From assembly GCA_035559535.1 (NCBI GenBank), contig DATMBG010000025.1, positions 62,001 through 102,873 on the forward strand: a stretch of DNA of 40,873 nucleotides, written 5' to 3'. Both the position numbers and the translations under genes were made by a program. This document shows positions 37,545-40,873 of the stretch, piece after piece. The notes beneath the pieces are model-generated. The model saw nothing but the letters and a program-made list of their open reading frames with translations, was not told the DNA's origin and ran no database searches. The first letter of the stretch is position 1. Each line of letters starts with the position of its first letter. This stretch comes from Candidatus Limnocylindrales bacterium. GTDB taxonomy: Bacteria > Moduliflexota > Moduliflexia > Moduliflexales > JAUQPW01.

Positions 37545-38612
37545 ATGATAAAACCTTACACTGCAGTTGGACTCATCCCTACTGTACGCGGCATTCGCAG
37601 GCGTGCGGATATCAAGATTAATCTTGAACATTTATCCCACCTGGTAAAGGCGGCTTCTTGGCTGTCGAGTCTGGATCTTCCGGTCAGGTTGATCGCCTTT
37701 CCAGAGGGGGCCCTTCAGGCTTTCAACGATGAGGTACTCGACCTGGACCATGTCCAGTTTGCGAGGGAATGTGCCATCGATATTCCGGGTGAGGAAACCG
37801 AAGAATTAGGCAAGATAGCCCGTGAGTACGATATCTTCATCATGGCCCAGGCGAAAGCACGCCATCCTGATATTAAAGACCGTTTCTTTAACGTTGGTTT
37901 TATCCTCAACCCCCGAGGAGAGGTCATCTTAAAGCACTATAAAGTTTCTCCACTTTTTCCCGTTGAACACTCGGTCTGTCCCCACGATATTTATGACTGG
38001 TGGATTGAGAAGTATGGCCGTAATCTCAATGCTTTTTGGCCTGTTGTAGATACCGAGATCGGTCGCTTAGGAATTATGATGGCCAATGAAGGGTCCTATC
38101 CTGAAAACGCCCGGGCCCTGGCGATGAACGGCGCCGAAGTCGTATATCGTGCTTCTTATCCCCACCCGGCAACAGGCAATGAAATTTTTGAAATTCAGAG
38201 TCGCGCCCGGGCCCTGGATAATAACCTGTATATTATAGCTCCCAATATGGGAACCTATTATCTTTTTCCTGAAGATACGACTCCTATTGATACCTTTGGT
38301 GGACGTTCCTTTATTATTAACTATAAAGGTCAGGTTGTAGGTCGACAGGAATATGGAGCCGGTTCGACCTATGTAGCCGGAGTAATTGATATTGAAGCCT
38401 TACGAGATCATCGGGCCCGTGCCCAATGGGATAATTGGCTGAAAGATCTACGTACCGAACTCTACCAGATAATCTACGAACAACCCATCTATCCAAAGAA
38501 TTTATATCTAGACCGTGCTCCCATGAAGCACGCTGAGTATCGTGAGAAGGTCATTCAGCGCCAGATTCAACTGATGCATGATCGAGGAATTTGGGTAAAA
38601 CCGGAAAGATAA
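37545..38612 (+). CDS. Nitrilase/carbon-nitrogen hydrolase superfamily protein lacking the catalytic Cys
   Basis: FPEG, FNVGFI, HYK, DTEIGRLG, YPE..R.LA..GAE and ARALDN. Start placed at ATG37545 after RBS AAGGAGG. Confidence 0.85.
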   Translation: MIKPYTAVGLIPTVRGIRRRADIKINLEHLSHLVKAASWLSSLDLPVRLIAFPEGALQAFNDEVLDLDHVQFARECAIDIPGEETEELGKIAREYDIFIMAQAKARHPDIKDRFFNVGFILNPRGEVILKHYKVSPLFPVEHSVCPHDIYDWWIEKYGRNLNAFWPVVDTEIGRLGIMMANEGSYPENARALAMNGAEVVYRASYPHPATGNEIFEIQSRARALDNNLYIIAPNMGTYYLFPEDTTPIDTFGGRSFIINYKGQVVGRQEYGAGSTYVAGVIDIEALRDHRARAQWDNWLKDLRTELYQIIYEQPIYPKNLYLDRAPMKHAEYREKVIQRQIQLMHDRGIWVKPER

Positions 38613-38654
38613 CCCTTTGATGTCAAACGAGACGTTTAACCTACTACTTTGGCA

Positions 38655-38860
38655 TTAATCCACGAAGCTGTGAAAAGTGTGGGGGTGGGGAGTGGGGAAG
38701 TGGGAAAGTGTGGGGGTGGGGGAGTGTGGGAGTATGAAGGTATGGGAGTGTGGGAGTGTGTGGGAGTTCTATTTCTTACACCCCCATACTTCCATACCCC
38801 CATACTCCCATACTTTCTTACCTCCCGCACTCCCACACTTTTCACAGCCTCGTGGGTTAA
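38655..38860. mobile_element. MITE-like G-rich/C-rich octamer element, copy 2, with terminal inverted repeats
   Basis: TTAATCCACGAAGCTGTGAAAAGTGTGGG ... CCCACACTTTTCACAGCCTCGTGGGTTAA enclose GTGTGGGA and TCCCATAC tandem units. Confidence 0.7.
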
Positions 38861-38874
38861 TATTTTTTTAAACC

Positions 38875-40617
38875 ATGAAAAAAACAATTCCTGTTGAAAA
38901 CACCGGGCAGGCCTATTTAGAACTGCTCAGGGATCGAGGTATTAAATACTTTTTTGGAAATGCTGGAACCGATTTTGCCCCTCTGGTGGAGGCATTCTCT
39001 AAATTTGCAGCCGAAGGAAAATCACACCCTAAGCCTGTTCTGGTTCCCCATGAATTTGTTGCCGTAAGTATGGCCCATGGTTATTATCTGGTAACAGGAG
39101 AGCCCCAGGTCGTCATGGTCCACGTTACGGTAGGAACTGCCAATGCTCTGGGGGCTATCATAAATGCTGCAAGGAGTCGGGTTCCCATTTTTTTTACAGC
39201 CGGACGGACTCCCATTACCGAAGAAGGTTGTAAAGGAGCCCGTAATATTTATATCCACTGGGCTCAGGAAGCCTTTGATCAAGCTGGGTTACTTCGGGAG
39301 TTTGTTAAGTGGGATTATGAATTGAGAAACTTTATCCAACTGGAGACCGTTGTGGACCGGGCCCTGGAAGTTGCCATGACAGAACCCCGAGGGCCTGTTT
39401 ATCTCACCTTGCCCAGGGAAGTTCTTGCAGAAGAGCACCGGGAAATTACCTTCCATTCCCCCAGCCGCCATGCAGGGATAACCGGTTCCCTGTCCCGTCT
39501 CTATCCAGATCCAGAACGCATGAAAGAAGCTGCCCAGATCCTGGCTCAGGCTAAAAACCCCCTCATTCTCACGGACGCTTTAGGCCGTAACCCGGCCGCT
39601 GTAGGTGCACTGGTCGAACTGGCCGAATCTCTGGCTATACCTGTTATCGAATCGAATCATACCCATATGAATTTTCCCACCGATCATCCCCTTCATTTGG
39701 GATTTTCGGTAACCGATAGTTCAACCCCTTATTTGAAGGAGGCCGACGTCATTTTGGTTATCGAAGCCGATGTTCCCTGGTATCCTTCGGTAAGTAAACC
39801 AGACGAACAAGCTAAAATTATTCATCTCGGGATAGATCCGCTCTATACCCGTTATCCCATCCGAGGCTATCCATCCGATCTTGTTTTGACGGCGGATCCT
39901 CAAGTAGCCCTCTCGGCGCTTACTAAAGAAGTGGCTAAATACCGAACGAAGATGAAATCTACGATTCAAAAACGGTATAAAAAGCTCCAAGAAATCCACG
40001 ATCGGCAGAGGGAGAGCTGGAAAAAAGAAGCCCTTAAAGTAAAGGAGGATAAACCCATCGATCCACGATGGCTTTCTTACTGTATCAATCAGGCTAAAGA
40101 TGAGGATACCATCATTGTGAATGAATACGACCTTTTACCAACCCAGGTCCAGTACCGTTACCCTGGAACCTATTTTGCGGCTCCCCATTCGGGTTGTCTG
40201 GGATGGGGTCTTGGGGCTGCTCTGGGAGTTAAGTTAGCAGCTCCGGATAAAACGGTCATTGCGACCGTAGGAGATGGAAGTTACATTTTTGGAGTCCCCA
40301 CCGCTGCCCATTTTGTTGCCCAGGCCCAGAATCTTCCCATTCTGGTAGTTATCTTCAACAATCAATGTTGGGGTGCCGTCAAATGGTCTACGGTAGATCT
40401 ATATCCTCAAGGCTGGGCCGTCAAAACCAACAACTTCCCTCTCAGCAACCTGGAGCCTTCTCCCGACTATGAAAAAATAATCCAGGCTCATCAGGGCTAT
40501 GGAGAGCGGGTTGAAAACCCTGAAGAAGTTCTCCCTGCGCTTCAGCGGGCTTTAAAAATTGTCCGGGAAGAAAAACGACAGGCCGTGCTCAACGTGATAT
40601 GTAAACATCCTTCGTAG
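38875..40617 (+). CDS. Thiamine-pyrophosphate-dependent enzyme (acetolactate synthase/benzoylformate decarboxylase-like)
   Basis: FGNAGTDF, HE..A..MAHGY, HVTVGTAN, P.GPVYL.LP and the TPP-binding motif GDGSY...NN. Confidence 0.9.
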   Translation: MKKTIPVENTGQAYLELLRDRGIKYFFGNAGTDFAPLVEAFSKFAAEGKSHPKPVLVPHEFVAVSMAHGYYLVTGEPQVVMVHVTVGTANALGAIINAARSRVPIFFTAGRTPITEEGCKGARNIYIHWAQEAFDQAGLLREFVKWDYELRNFIQLETVVDRALEVAMTEPRGPVYLTLPREVLAEEHREITFHSPSRHAGITGSLSRLYPDPERMKEAAQILAQAKNPLILTDALGRNPAAVGALVELAESLAIPVIESNHTHMNFPTDHPLHLGFSVTDSSTPYLKEADVILVIEADVPWYPSVSKPDEQAKIIHLGIDPLYTRYPIRGYPSDLVLTADPQVALSALTKEVAKYRTKMKSTIQKRYKKLQEIHDRQRESWKKEALKVKEDKPIDPRWLSYCINQAKDEDTIIVNEYDLLPTQVQYRYPGTYFAAPHSGCLGWGLGAALGVKLAAPDKTVIATVGDGSYIFGVPTAAHFVAQAQNLPILVVIFNNQCWGAVKWSTVDLYPQGWAVKTNNFPLSNLEPSPDYEKIIQAHQGYGERVENPEEVLPALQRALKIVREEKRQAVLNVICKHPS

Positions 40618-40809
40618 AAAGTAGAGCCGTCATCCCATCCCCTCTCAGGAGTAGATTTTTTGGACCCAGCCCTGTGAGGGATGGGGGGCCTGGGGATCCG
40701 GGCAATCTCCAAGTTCCCCCTTTCCGTCGTGGGAAGGAATCCTAGATATCAGGCTAAGCAGGTTAAACATCCTCGTTTGATTTAAGGGGAAAAGCCTTAT
40801 TTTCGGCTT

Positions 40810-40873
40810 GAACCCCCTCCTTTCCCCCTCTCCCCTCACCCCCTGTCCCCCTCTCCTGTGTAGGGGCGGGAGG
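40810..40873. repeat. Start of a CCCTCACCCCC..CCCCTCTCC-type palindromic repeat, cut by the window edge
   Basis: CCCTCACCCCCTGTCCCCCTCTCC resembles CCTTCACCCCCGGCCCCTCTCCC at 17831. Confidence 0.5.

Noticed and set aside
37346-37621. 91-aa ORF and the 46-aa N-terminal extension of the nitrilase-fold ORF
   Set aside because: Both read through the octamer repeat; the RBS points to ATG37545.
38636-38897. Mirror-image ORFs on both strands (HEAVKSVGV...PTLFTASW)
   Set aside because: These result from the inverted-repeat element and are not evidence of a protein or toxin-antitoxin pair.

Overview
Bacterial chromosomal window holding about 24 protein genes. I see no rRNA, tRNA, CRISPR array, transposase, integrase or recognisable defence system. 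The left part is metabolic: the 3' part of a hydantoinase B/oxoprolinase, a PQQ dehydrogenase, a sigma54-type promoter driving a secreted FG-GAP protein, a gluconate-2-dehydrogenase-like pair, an M16 peptidase, an FkbM methyltransferase, an Ldh_2 oxidoreductase, a GH57/DUF3536 protein and an NHL-repeat protein. The centre (18074-30332, minus strand) is a complete Wsp-like chemosensory operon whose output is a REC-GAF-GAF-PAS-GGDEF-EAL protein. The right part encodes a PhoX-like protein, a PotD-like binding protein, agmatinase, a DppA-like binding protein, a methyltransferase, a nitrilase-fold protein and a TPP enzyme. The most unusual signals are: (1) several families of short palindromic, REP- or MITE-like repeats, some of them inserted in frame in coding regions, most clearly a ~70-codon REP-doublet insert in CheA; (2) a double-zinc-ribbon/CheW fusion and an apparent deletion scar of a second chemoreceptor; (3) two enzymes with altered catalytic residues, a PQQ dehydrogenase with WGYD in place of WDYD and a nitrilase fold with Ala in place of the Cys nucleophile; (4) G-rich/C-rich octamer elements flanking the nitrilase-fold gene. 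All family calls come from motif recognition by eye; no database search was run, so novelty is unverified.
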